Virus record (IMG/VR): IMGVR_UViG_3300037475_000032 | Location: 1 to 64,000 of that record | DNA length: 64,000 nt | Origin: a virus | Strand: one strand, 5' to 3' | Translations under genes and position numbers: made by a program | Part shown: one piece after another, positions 26,599 through 34,818 of the stretch | How positions within the stretch are numbered: position 1 is the first letter of the stretch | Layout of the letters: every line of letters begins with the position of its first letter | The notes under the pieces: generated by a model | Told to the model about the DNA's origin: nothing | Database searches by the model: none | Seen by the model: the letters and a program-made list of their open reading frames with translations, nothing else

Positions 26599-27462
26599 TC
26601 AGTGTCCAGGATCTTTGGACACATCCACTTCAACGATGTCCTCACTGGGGAGCCAGATTCCGGCCAGTCGCCCGTTGTCCTTGTCGCCGATGTCGATGCA
26701 GAACGACCAGCCTGATTCGTTCTCGTAGCGGCGGATCTTGGGCTTGCTCGTGTGTCCGAAGATCTGTCGGAAGCCAGGGAATAGGCTCTCGTTGGCGTCG
26801 CGCCACAAGATGCCTCCGTACGGGCTCCAGCCTCCACGGCTGCTAGAGATCGCGTCTACGACGGGATGCGTGTCGATGTCGCAGTTCTCGTTGCACCACT
26901 TGGCGAAGGCCACGGGATCGGTCTTCGTCTTGGTCGGCGCGTCGTTATACTTGAACTGCTTGTGCAGACCCGCGTGCGTGAGCAGGAAGCCATGAGCGGC
27001 GAACGACAGGATCATGCGTCCTTCGTCGCGTAGCTTCTGCATCATACGGAAGGTCTCGACGGGCGGAGAGATGTATCCGCCGAAGGCGTGCTGTCGGTCG
27101 ATGACGGCTCGATCATGGTTGCCCCACAGAACAATGTCCAACCACTTGGAGCCATGCTCGTAGGTCATCATGTCCGCCATCTGCGAGCCCGGCACGCTAT
27201 GACCACCACGAGGCGGCCCAACCCAGCTAGAGCCGAAGTGTCCCAGGTCGCCTAGCTGGACCACAACACAGTCGTCTCGCAGACGCCTAGTCCCGCTTCC
27301 AGCACACTTGTCGCAGAAGCCGCTATCAGGATCGTCGCCTAGTCCATTGCAGTCCGGGCAAGGACCGATGATGCCCTCTTGCGTGAGAAGGGCCTCTAGG
27401 CGATTGAGATGACCGTGGCAATCGCCGATGGCAAAGACGGGCTTGTCAGTTGTGAAGTTCAT
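26599..27462 (-). CDS. Calcineurin-like metallophosphoesterase with inserted Zn finger
   Basis: IGDCHG, LGDLG, GNHD, THAG, FGHT; CPDCNGLG/CDKCAGSG insert. Confidence 0.88.
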   Translation of the reverse strand: MNFTTDKPVFAIGDCHGHLNRLEALLTQEGIIGPCPDCNGLGDDPDSGFCDKCAGSGTRRLRDDCVVVQLGDLGHFGSSWVGPPRGGHSVPGSQMADMMTYEHGSKWLDIVLWGNHDRAVIDRQHAFGGYISPPVETFRMMQKLRDEGRMILSFAAHGFLLTHAGLHKQFKYNDAPTKTKTDPVAFAKWCNENCDIDTHPVVDAISSSRGGWSPYGGILWRDANESLFPGFRQIFGHTSKPKIRRYENESGWSFCIDIGDKDNGRLAGIWLPSEDIVEVDVSKDPGH

Positions 27463-27647
27463 TGGCTCTGAATGACTGTGACGGGGATGTGGTTGCGGGC
27501 CTTCTTGAGTGCTCGCTTGAGCGTCCAAGCCTTACCGCTTCGGTAGGAGTTCCAGCCGCCGTGTTCGGTCAGGTATTCAACATCCCACTCCCATTCGCCA
27601 ACGTTCTTGACGGTGATGCGGTAGTTGGCTACTACAGGGTAGGTCAT
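27459..27647 (-). CDS. Small hypothetical protein
   Basis: ATGA coupling on both sides. Confidence 0.6.
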   Translation of the reverse strand: MTYPVVANYRITVKNVGEWEWDVEYLTEHGGWNSYRSGKAWTLKRALKKARNHIPVTVIQSQ

Positions 27648-28117
27648 CGGCCTGCTCTCTGACGTGCGACTAGCTCACAAGCCGCCTTCGTACGCTCCAT
27701 GACATCGGAGGGACGTGCAGGGACCATCATCTTCTTGTAGACTAGCACAGATGCTTCGCGGTTGAGCGTGCCGTTAATCATGCGGCCTGTCGGAGCACCT
27801 GTTGCTACGTCGTACTCTGGTTCCTGCTCATAGACGTAGTAGGAGTTCTCGTCGTCCACGACTTCATCCTCGACCATCTCCAAGGGCATGAATGAAGCAT
27901 CAGCGAGGATGCGCTGCACATCGGGGTCACGGGCGTCCGGCCACACGGCGCTTAGGTCTAGGTTCTCGTTCAGACCACCAAGACGCTCAGTGAGCTTGTC
28001 CTTCTCATCCTCTGTGTAGATGTTCGGGCTCGACAGCTTGGGAGAGGCATCGTTCTTGATCGCGTATCCCAAGAACGTGCCATCTAGGGTGTAGACGACG
28101 ACTGCGCTATAGGCCAT
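27644..28117 (-). CDS. Hypothetical protein
   Basis: Tiles the operon. Confidence 0.6.
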   Translation of the reverse strand: MAYSAVVVYTLDGTFLGYAIKNDASPKLSSPNIYTEDEKDKLTERLGGLNENLDLSAVWPDARDPDVQRILADASFMPLEMVEDEVVDDENSYYVYEQEPEYDVATGAPTGRMINGTLNREASVLVYKKMMVPARPSDVMERTKAACELVARQRAGR

Positions 28118-28388
28118 GCAGGAAGTCTAGCAGGCTAATCGTCCTCTTGGAAGCGTTGCATCCGTAGCAGGCTCCGGTCAGGTTCATCCAACCGTTTCTG
28201 CCCCCCCGCGCCACGGGTTCGATGTGGTCTATGGTCATGCGCTTGCGTCGATGGCCGCAGAAGGCGCACGGATCGCGCCTGAGCACGTCCCTGTAGTTCT
28301 CGGCTCGACTACGGACACCCAGCAGCGAATCGAGAAACCCCTCGATGTCGCAGATCTCATCGCTCAGCGCCCCAGGTGCATGTCCCAT
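28107..28388 (-). CDS. HNH endonuclease
   Basis: CAFCG...TIDHIEPVARGGRNGWMNLTGACYGCNASK; extended -10 TGaTATCCT. Confidence 0.9.
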   Translation of the reverse strand: MGHAPGALSDEICDIEGFLDSLLGVRSRAENYRDVLRRDPCAFCGHRRKRMTIDHIEPVARGGRNGWMNLTGACYGCNASKRTISLLDFLHGL

Positions 28389-28436
28389 GGAGGCAGGATA
28401 TCAAAGGACCCCTATACGAGCAAGTAATCAGTAGCT

Positions 28437-29294
28437 ATGAGTCTAGGCGTCAGGTACAACATCGGCACGGTCAACGTGGGCGATACGGCGGAGCTATATG
28501 CGGCTCTGCGAGTCAACGAAGTCCCCGTGGGAGCTAACGACATCGCGTCCGTGTCCTTCACGGTCCAGTTGCCGAACGATCAGACCGTGGGTCCTGTCGA
28601 AGGAGAAGTGCAGGAAGACGGCCAGGGCTACTACCAGTGGACGGAAACCGAAGAACCGGGCGAGTACTATGCTCAGGCCCAGTTTACCCTCACGACGGGC
28701 GAGATTCGCTCCGTCATGGTGAACTTCGCCGTCATCGATCCGTTCGATGTCACACCTCTCACTCCAATGGAGATCGTCGTTGACGAAGTGTGGTTCAGGC
28801 TAGAGGATTGTTTCGACTCCATTGAGGGAGGACCGTGGCTCCGCGATATCACGCTCGCGCACTTCGACAAGCTCAAGATCGCTCGATTCATCCCCGAGAC
28901 GCTGCTCGACATCAACGTCCAGATGCCGCCCACCACAGCGGTCATCACTGACTTCACCACTCCGCAAGCTAATGGTGAACCGAACGCCATCCTTCCCCTC
29001 CTTGCCAAGGGCGTGCTCTGCAAGGTCATCATGCACCTCGTACGTTCCTACTCGGAGCAGCCAGTCCCGCAGGGCGGTCAGATCGTGTACGAAGATCGCA
29101 CACGCTACAAGGACAACTGGATGGCCGTCTACAAGTCGGAGCACGAAGACTACATCACGATGGTCCGACTCTGGAAGCGCGGATTCCTCCACTTGGGTCA
29201 CTCGGCGCTCTTGGTCTCAAGCAAGGCCGGACGCCTATTCCCATACGGCACGATGCGCTCGCGCAACATCGGTCGAGGTGTCGGGTACTACTAA
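28437..29294 (+). CDS. Head-to-tail adaptor (neck) protein
   Basis: Ig-like N-terminus; DCFDSIEGGPWL, HLVRSYSEQP; first gene of the tail block. Confidence 0.7.
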   Translation: MSLGVRYNIGTVNVGDTAELYAALRVNEVPVGANDIASVSFTVQLPNDQTVGPVEGEVQEDGQGYYQWTETEEPGEYYAQAQFTLTTGEIRSVMVNFAVIDPFDVTPLTPMEIVVDEVWFRLEDCFDSIEGGPWLRDITLAHFDKLKIARFIPETLLDINVQMPPTTAVITDFTTPQANGEPNAILPLLAKGVLCKVIMHLVRSYSEQPVPQGGQIVYEDRTRYKDNWMAVYKSEHEDYITMVRLWKRGFLHLGHSALLVSSKAGRLFPYGTMRSRNIGRGVGYY

Positions 29295-29578
29295 TGACAA
29301 TCCAGGGAAGACGAGTCGCAGACAACGAGCTAAGAGACGATCCATTCAGGCCCACAGCCTATGGTCGTGTGCTCGGCATACAGACTCCCGGAGAGTGGGA
29401 CTGGATGGCCGTTACCCCGAATGGCCTCCACGCCAACCTCTCAGCGCATGATGTGACCGAGAACGAGGACGGCACGATCACCGTCAGTCCCTCAATCCTC
29501 GTGACGCTTCCGCAAGGAGACGCCCCGACGAAGGAATGGCACGGATATCTTGAGAATGGTGTCTGGAGGAAGTGCTAA
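29294..29578 (+). CDS. DUF6527-like small protein
   Basis: DGTITVSPSILV...WHGYLENGVWRKC. Confidence 0.55.
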   Translation: MTIQGRRVADNELRDDPFRPTAYGRVLGIQTPGEWDWMAVTPNGLHANLSAHDVTENEDGTITVSPSILVTLPQGDAPTKEWHGYLENGVWRKC

Positions 29579-30303
29579 TGCCAAGCGCTCTCACCACACC
29601 CATCTACAACAACGTCATCAGGTATCTGGGAGATGCCGGAGTGCCGCAGGAGATCTTGCGCCGACGTAGGCTCTCGCTCCAGACTTTCCGCCGCATGGGG
29701 ACCCCCGTGTTGCTCAAGCGCATGTTCACCATCGATGACGTATCGGCCGGTGACGCCCAGTTGAGCACCAACTACGACACCATCTACGGGCAGTCAACCC
29801 ACGATGATCCGTTCTCCTACGGGATCGGCTACGTCTCGACTGAAACCCAGGAAGGCGAGTGGATCAACACTGAGGGTGAGCTTGTCATCGCCGACACACC
29901 CGAATCGGGATGGACCCCAGCCCCCAAGTACCGTGGCTATGGTCCAGGCTACTTGACATACGCGATCCTCCCGGACGCCCCGGAAGACGTGTTCCGATTC
30001 TCCCCGGAGGGAGGCTTGCTCCACACGCAGGTCTCGCGCACGCAGCTTCCTTGGTGGCCCCAGGTCGGAGACAATGACCTGCTCATCGTGTGCGAAATCA
30101 ACGCCCAGGAGCAGATCATCGCCACGAAGGAGCGCTACCAGCTAAAGCAGGTCACTCCCACCACCATGAGGGGCCTTGACCGCTTTGGACGCCGAGAGTT
30201 CAACGCCGACGCAGCCGGTAACCGCTTCTGGGTCGGCCAGCAGTGCGAAGTCACGAAGGTTCCCGAGACGGACCCGATCTACCAGGTGGAGACCGACCGC
30301 TAA
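29578..30303 (+). CDS. Neck/head-closure protein
   Basis: Position between adaptor and tail completion gene; TAATG coupling. Confidence 0.6.
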   Translation: MPSALTTPIYNNVIRYLGDAGVPQEILRRRRLSLQTFRRMGTPVLLKRMFTIDDVSAGDAQLSTNYDTIYGQSTHDDPFSYGIGYVSTETQEGEWINTEGELVIADTPESGWTPAPKYRGYGPGYLTYAILPDAPEDVFRFSPEGGLLHTQVSRTQLPWWPQVGDNDLLIVCEINAQEQIIATKERYQLKQVTPTTMRGLDRFGRREFNADAAGNRFWVGQQCEVTKVPETDPIYQVETDR

Positions 30304-31325
30304 TGCCTCCTTCCCAGACCAACCAAATCACTGAGATCACGGGCAACACAACGGTCGCTCCCCGCTACGTTCGCCAGTCAACTCTCCAGTACAAGACCTT
30401 CATCAAGCGTGCCGTGGTGGAGTCGCTACAGAACGCCTTCAAGAATCACCCAGACCCGGAAATCGCCAAGACGAGAATCGGGATCGAGTACAAGACCGAC
30501 CGCGCCGACTTCCCAGCCATCATCATCAAGTTCTACGAGCGCAGCATCGACAACATCGGTGTCGGACACGTCGAGTGGGGACCCTCTCCGGCCGATCCGA
30601 ACTACCCGAACGGTCCCTTCACGCTCTTTGTCAAGTACTACCACCGCCTGTACAAGGGCGATCTGGAGTTCGAGGTGCTTGCGATGTCCTCTGTGGATCG
30701 AGACAAGGTGATCGACGCCCTCGTGGAGATCCTTGCGATGGCCGACGTGACAGAAGGGGGTTTAAACCTCCTGGAGCGCCTGTACGAAGACATCGGACAC
30801 ACGCCGTTCGGAGAATCACACTTCATCGCCTTCAACACCGATCTGATTAGCGGATACGGAGAGGGCAAGGAAATCGCTCCTTGGATACCCGAGGACACCC
30901 TTGTCTACACGTCTTCCTACCGACTCCCCATCATCGGCGAGTTCTACTCACTCACCCCGAAGTCGGCCTCTGAGCTTGGAATGATCCAGCAGGTCGATGT
31001 CTACCCATGGGACGACCGCGATCCGCTCGACACCCCACCGGAAGACTTCCCGGATGGAGAAATCCCTGCCGAAGACTACATCAAGTTCAAAGGACGCCCG
31101 TTCATCGAAGCCACAGGCACGGTCACGAAGGAAAGCGACCTGATAACAGGCATGTCTTCTGTGACCGGAATGGCGATTGGCAACAAGGTCACGGCAAACG
31201 GCGTTTTGGCCCATACGACCATCGTTGCAATCCCCTCATCCACGGAACTTAGGATCTCGGAGCCAGCAGTAGATACAGCAGCCGACACGACCGTCAGAGT
31301 GACCGATATTCAGAAGAAGCTCTAG
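30303..31325 (+). CDS. Tail completion/terminator protein with extra C-terminal domain
   Basis: FPAIIIKFYE..I...GVGH, LEFEVLAMSS.DRD; directly upstream of the sheath. Confidence 0.65.
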   Translation: MPPSQTNQITEITGNTTVAPRYVRQSTLQYKTFIKRAVVESLQNAFKNHPDPEIAKTRIGIEYKTDRADFPAIIIKFYERSIDNIGVGHVEWGPSPADPNYPNGPFTLFVKYYHRLYKGDLEFEVLAMSSVDRDKVIDALVEILAMADVTEGGLNLLERLYEDIGHTPFGESHFIAFNTDLISGYGEGKEIAPWIPEDTLVYTSSYRLPIIGEFYSLTPKSASELGMIQQVDVYPWDDRDPLDTPPEDFPDGEIPAEDYIKFKGRPFIEATGTVTKESDLITGMSSVTGMAIGNKVTANGVLAHTTIVAIPSSTELRISEPAVDTAADTTVRVTDIQKKL

Positions 31326-31366
31326 GAGCTTACAAATCCGTTCGATCTAGCTCGTAATCAACGAAG

Positions 31367-32893
31367 ATGTCCCAGTACACTCCGCCAGGCGTCAACGTTA
31401 GAGAGATTGTCTCTCCGCAAGTAGCGCCCTTGCTCGCTTCTCCGGCCAACGTGTGTCTTGTTGGTCTTTCACAGGGCTACCAGATTCGCACGGATCAGGT
31501 ACTTCTTACTGGCACTTCACCCATCCAGCTTCCGTATCTGGCAAGTCTACCAGGTTCGACGCTCGTCTCCGTACTTTCGGTGAAGGATGCCCTCAATCCC
31601 TCCAAGGGAGCCGCCAACGGGTCAGGTTACGTCGTCTCAACCGACTACACCGTCAACCTCAGCGCAGGCACCATTACGAGGCAGGGAAGCGGAGGCATCG
31701 AAAACCCGACTCTCGTCAACGTCACGTACGAGTATGTTCCGGCCAACTACTTCGAACCGATCCGTCTCTTTGACCAAGGATCAGTCGAAAGCCGCTTTGG
31801 CCCGAGCTTCAACCCCGAAGGAAATGGCATCAACTCGCATCTCTCGTACGCCGCCAACCTAGCCTTCCAGAACGGTGCGGGCTCACTCATCCTCCAGCCC
31901 CTATTCACACGCGCTACGCCCGGTAACCCAACGACTGCGGCCAGCCAGCCGAACGCCACACAGGCCGCTGCCGCTGTCACTTGGGCCGACACTCTCTACA
32001 TCTTGCGTAGCATCGAAGAACTGGACATCCTCGTCCCGGTCGTGGGTCAGTCACAGGAAGATGTTACGGACGCTGCTCAGCTAGCCATCTTCCAGACCGT
32101 CCAGGACCACGAGGCTTTCATGAACGGTCAGCAGCAGTACATCGTCGGTATTCTTGGCGAGGACTCGTCTGCATCTGACACCGTTGCTTCGATGTCCACG
32201 ATTCGCTCGCACGCTGTTACGCTCCAGAGCCGCTACGGCGGAGAACTGAACCAGCAGAACGTACTCGTCAACACGTCTGCCTTCGGTGTCCCGCTCCCGA
32301 GCGTCAACACCACTCTTGCCGTTGGTGGTCAGTACATGGCAGCCGCTATTGCTGGTGCTGTTGCTGCCCGTCCGCCGAGCGCAGGACTTACCAAGAAGGC
32401 CATCGCTGGATTCTCAGCCGTTCTCGACACTCGCTTGCTCAGTGACAAGAACATCGATGCTGAAACTGGCCTCATGGTCATTGAACAGAAGAAGACCAAC
32501 GTCCTCTGCCGCCAGCAGTTGACGCTCGACACGACCAGCACCGCCCGCAAGGAACTTTCGGTGGTTCGTGCCAAGTTCATCATGATCGAAAGCATCCGCG
32601 AGACCCTTGAAAACGAGGTCATCGGTCAGATCATCGCAGATGCCAACTCCCCGTACGTTGTCCGCTCGGCCATCAACGCCGTTCTGTCTGCTCTCCAGCA
32701 GGCCGGAGACATCGTTAGCTACTCGCAGGTTCAGGCTTCACTCTCAAGCCTCGAACCGACCACGATCTCAGCTAGCTTCTCCTACAGGCCATCATTCCCG
32801 GTCAACTACGTCACCGTATCCTTCTCCCTCGATCTCTCGACGCAGACGGTTACAGCATCGAGTGAAACAACAAACACGGAATCTACACTGTAA
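31367..32893 (+). CDS. Tail sheath protein
   Basis: YTPPGVNVREI start; KELSVVRA, SFSYRPSFPVNYVTVSF end. Confidence 0.92.
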   Translation: MSQYTPPGVNVREIVSPQVAPLLASPANVCLVGLSQGYQIRTDQVLLTGTSPIQLPYLASLPGSTLVSVLSVKDALNPSKGAANGSGYVVSTDYTVNLSAGTITRQGSGGIENPTLVNVTYEYVPANYFEPIRLFDQGSVESRFGPSFNPEGNGINSHLSYAANLAFQNGAGSLILQPLFTRATPGNPTTAASQPNATQAAAAVTWADTLYILRSIEELDILVPVVGQSQEDVTDAAQLAIFQTVQDHEAFMNGQQQYIVGILGEDSSASDTVASMSTIRSHAVTLQSRYGGELNQQNVLVNTSAFGVPLPSVNTTLAVGGQYMAAAIAGAVAARPPSAGLTKKAIAGFSAVLDTRLLSDKNIDAETGLMVIEQKKTNVLCRQQLTLDTTSTARKELSVVRAKFIMIESIRETLENEVIGQIIADANSPYVVRSAINAVLSALQQAGDIVSYSQVQASLSSLEPTTISASFSYRPSFPVNYVTVSFSLDLSTQTVTASSETTNTESTL

Positions 32894-32899
32894 TAGACA

Positions 32900-33547
32900 A
32901 TGGGTGCTGCTTTCAGAAATAGAGTCCGCGTTGGTGGTATCTTCACCATCTTCACCTTCGGTGGACAGCCGATCACGTTCTGCCAGCAGGTGGCGCATCA
33001 GTCACCGCAGCCTGTGGGCCAAGGAGCATCGGCTATTCACCCCATGGACGAGCCATACCCGGTGGAGATCATCACTCCTGCCGCTGCCGGTATGGGTCAG
33101 CTTACCCTCAACCTCTACGAGCTATTCGGCTCCGGTGGCTCGTCATCCAAGGTCTGGGACCGCCTGGGTGCTTCATTCGGTGGATCTACGTCCGCCTCCA
33201 GCCCCTTCGGCTCGACTACGGAAACCAACACTTCAACCAACATCACGCTTGGTGGAGACGGCGTATTCCAGAACGCCACGGACATCGTTGACATCTTCGT
33301 CCGTCAGGCTCAGGCTAACCCGAGCCAGTTGAACATCGTCAAGTACATCCGCCCGCTCTCAGCAGGCGGCTCGCCACTGCCATATACGGAAGAGTACAAC
33401 GGCTGCATCATCACCAACGTAGTTGATGGTGAGCAGATCGAAGTAGGCACGCTTGAGGTAATCAAGCAAGTCACAGTCGCATACAGGTATGTAACACGTA
33501 ACGGCCAGCCAAACCCGGCCTTCGCCGTTCGTGACAACCCGATCTAG
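32900..33547 (+). CDS. Tail tube protein
   Basis: Follows the sheath; IHPMDEPYPVEIITP, YNGCIITNVVDGE.IEVGTL. Confidence 0.8.
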   Translation: MGAAFRNRVRVGGIFTIFTFGGQPITFCQQVAHQSPQPVGQGASAIHPMDEPYPVEIITPAAAGMGQLTLNLYELFGSGGSSSKVWDRLGASFGGSTSASSPFGSTTETNTSTNITLGGDGVFQNATDIVDIFVRQAQANPSQLNIVKYIRPLSAGGSPLPYTEEYNGCIITNVVDGEQIEVGTLEVIKQVTVAYRYVTRNGQPNPAFAVRDNPI

Positions 33548-33581
33548 TCAGTAAGGCTCCGGTAGGAGCAAGGAGAACAAC

Positions 33582-34139
33582 ATGGCAGATATCGCACTGG
33601 AGGAGCCCGAGCGCATCGACCCGTTCGAGATCTTCTCCCCTCAGATACGCGAAAGCGTGCGTGGCCTCGCATACGTTGGCAACCTGGAGAAGACCGTCAA
33701 GTTCTGCGGTCACTCGTTCACCCTTCGCACTCTCAGGCCCGCCGAGAAGGCAGCCATCGCCACAGCCGTTCAGCCGTGGCGCAACACCCTCATCGAGTCG
33801 GTCGTGTGGGCCAACGCCCATGTCGGCCTAGCCCTCGTGGCAGTCGATGACGATGACGCCTTCTGTCCCCAGACAGGACCGGAGCTAAGCAGCTTCGCTC
33901 GTGCCCGACTCAACTTCCTCACCAACTCCGAGACGGGTTGGTATCAGCCCACGCTCGACTTCCTCTACACGACCTACTTGGGTCTTGAGAATGAAGTCTT
34001 GCAGGCCATTGACGAGCTACAGGATTTAGCAGAGAGGAGTCAGCAGTCCTCTTTGCCCTCTGCCGATTCCTTGACCGATCCGGGCACCTCAGCCGACGAG
34101 ACCAGTTCGGCAATCCCATCTGCGGAGCCTTCCAGCTAG
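33582..34139 (+). CDS. Tail assembly chaperone (unshifted form)
   Basis: Between tube and tape measure; GHSFTLRTL; low-complexity tail after ELQDL. Confidence 0.8.
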   Translation: MADIALEEPERIDPFEIFSPQIRESVRGLAYVGNLEKTVKFCGHSFTLRTLRPAEKAAIATAVQPWRNTLIESVVWANAHVGLALVAVDDDDAFCPQTGPELSSFARARLNFLTNSETGWYQPTLDFLYTTYLGLENEVLQAIDELQDLAERSQQSSLPSADSLTDPGTSADETSSAIPSAEPSS

Positions 34140-34366
34140 AGCTATTGAAGTATCTGCAACTCCAGGAGGACAAGCTACGCACCGCCGAGCGCGAAGGAGA
34201 ACTGGAGCGCAACGTGTTCGCAGCCAATCCCGGCTTGTGGAAGGAGATGTTCTCGCACGAGGAGCCCGGCATGGACGAGAACGGGATGATGTGGGCCGAA
34301 ACACCGGAGGAACTTGAGGAGATAGCTCAGGAGATGGAACGCCAGGGTTGGGTTCCAGGGACCTAG
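34022..34366 (+). CDS. -1 frame extension of the tail assembly chaperone (gpGT-like)
   Basis: -1 frame open 34013-34366; slippery G GAT TTA at 34022-34028. Confidence 0.7.
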   Translation, partial: GFSREESAVLFALCRFLDRSGHLSRRDQFGNPICGAFQLELLKYLQLQEDKLRTAEREGELERNVFAANPGLWKEMFSHEEPGMDENGMMWAETPEELEEIAQEMERQGWVPGT

Positions 34367-34731
34367 AGGTTGTGGATGCTGCGAGTGTGGGCGGCCATCG
34401 CGTAGTTGCCTTCCCGTTCGTAGGCTTCTGCGCGAAGCAGATGCGGGTTGACGACCGGGACGACAGGGGCCACCTTCTTGGGGCGGTTGAAGTAGAGCAC
34501 GAGCAGCACCACGGCGATGGCGAGGACCAGAAGCCCCAGCAGAGCCGAGAAGCTAAACAGGTAGTAGAGACCGACGAGGAAGGCGATGGCGGCGATCTTG
34601 ACACCCAGCAGGGCGGCCACGAAGGCGATCCCGCTACCCAGGTCCCCGAAGCTACCGAAGCCCTCCTGGTGGATGGTGGAGTCAAGGTCTCCCTTGACGA
34701 CGATGCTGGAAGTGCTTCCGATTGTGCTCAT
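34363..34731 (-). CDS. Membrane protein moron (122 aa, two long hydrophobic segments)
   Basis: ATG 34731 lies 6 nt after TATACT; hydrophobic core IAFVAALLG...VLLVLYF. Confidence 0.75.
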   Translation of the reverse strand: MSTIGSTSSIVVKGDLDSTIHQEGFGSFGDLGSGIAFVAALLGVKIAAIAFLVGLYYLFSFSALLGLLVLAIAVVLLVLYFNRPKKVAPVVPVVNPHLLRAEAYEREGNYAMAAHTRSIHNL

Positions 34732-34766
34732 AGAAGTAGTATAGCCTAAGTTATGACCTATGTCAA
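34732..34766 (-). promoter_or_regulatory. Near-consensus sigma70 promoter, leaderless mRNA
   Basis: TTGACA(34766-34761)-17bp-TATACT(34743-34738). Confidence 0.9.
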
Positions 34767-34818
34767 GGATCAGGGCTTTCCTAAACGAATAGGCTATAGC
34801 GCGCCCTAATAGACGAGG

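Noticed and set aside
25627-26715. Long plus-strand ORF (362 aa) and similar antisense ORFs such as 3128-3925 and 19038-19646
   Set aside because: Shadow frames of motif-bearing genes on the opposite strand, as expected at high GC; no SD or recognisable motifs.
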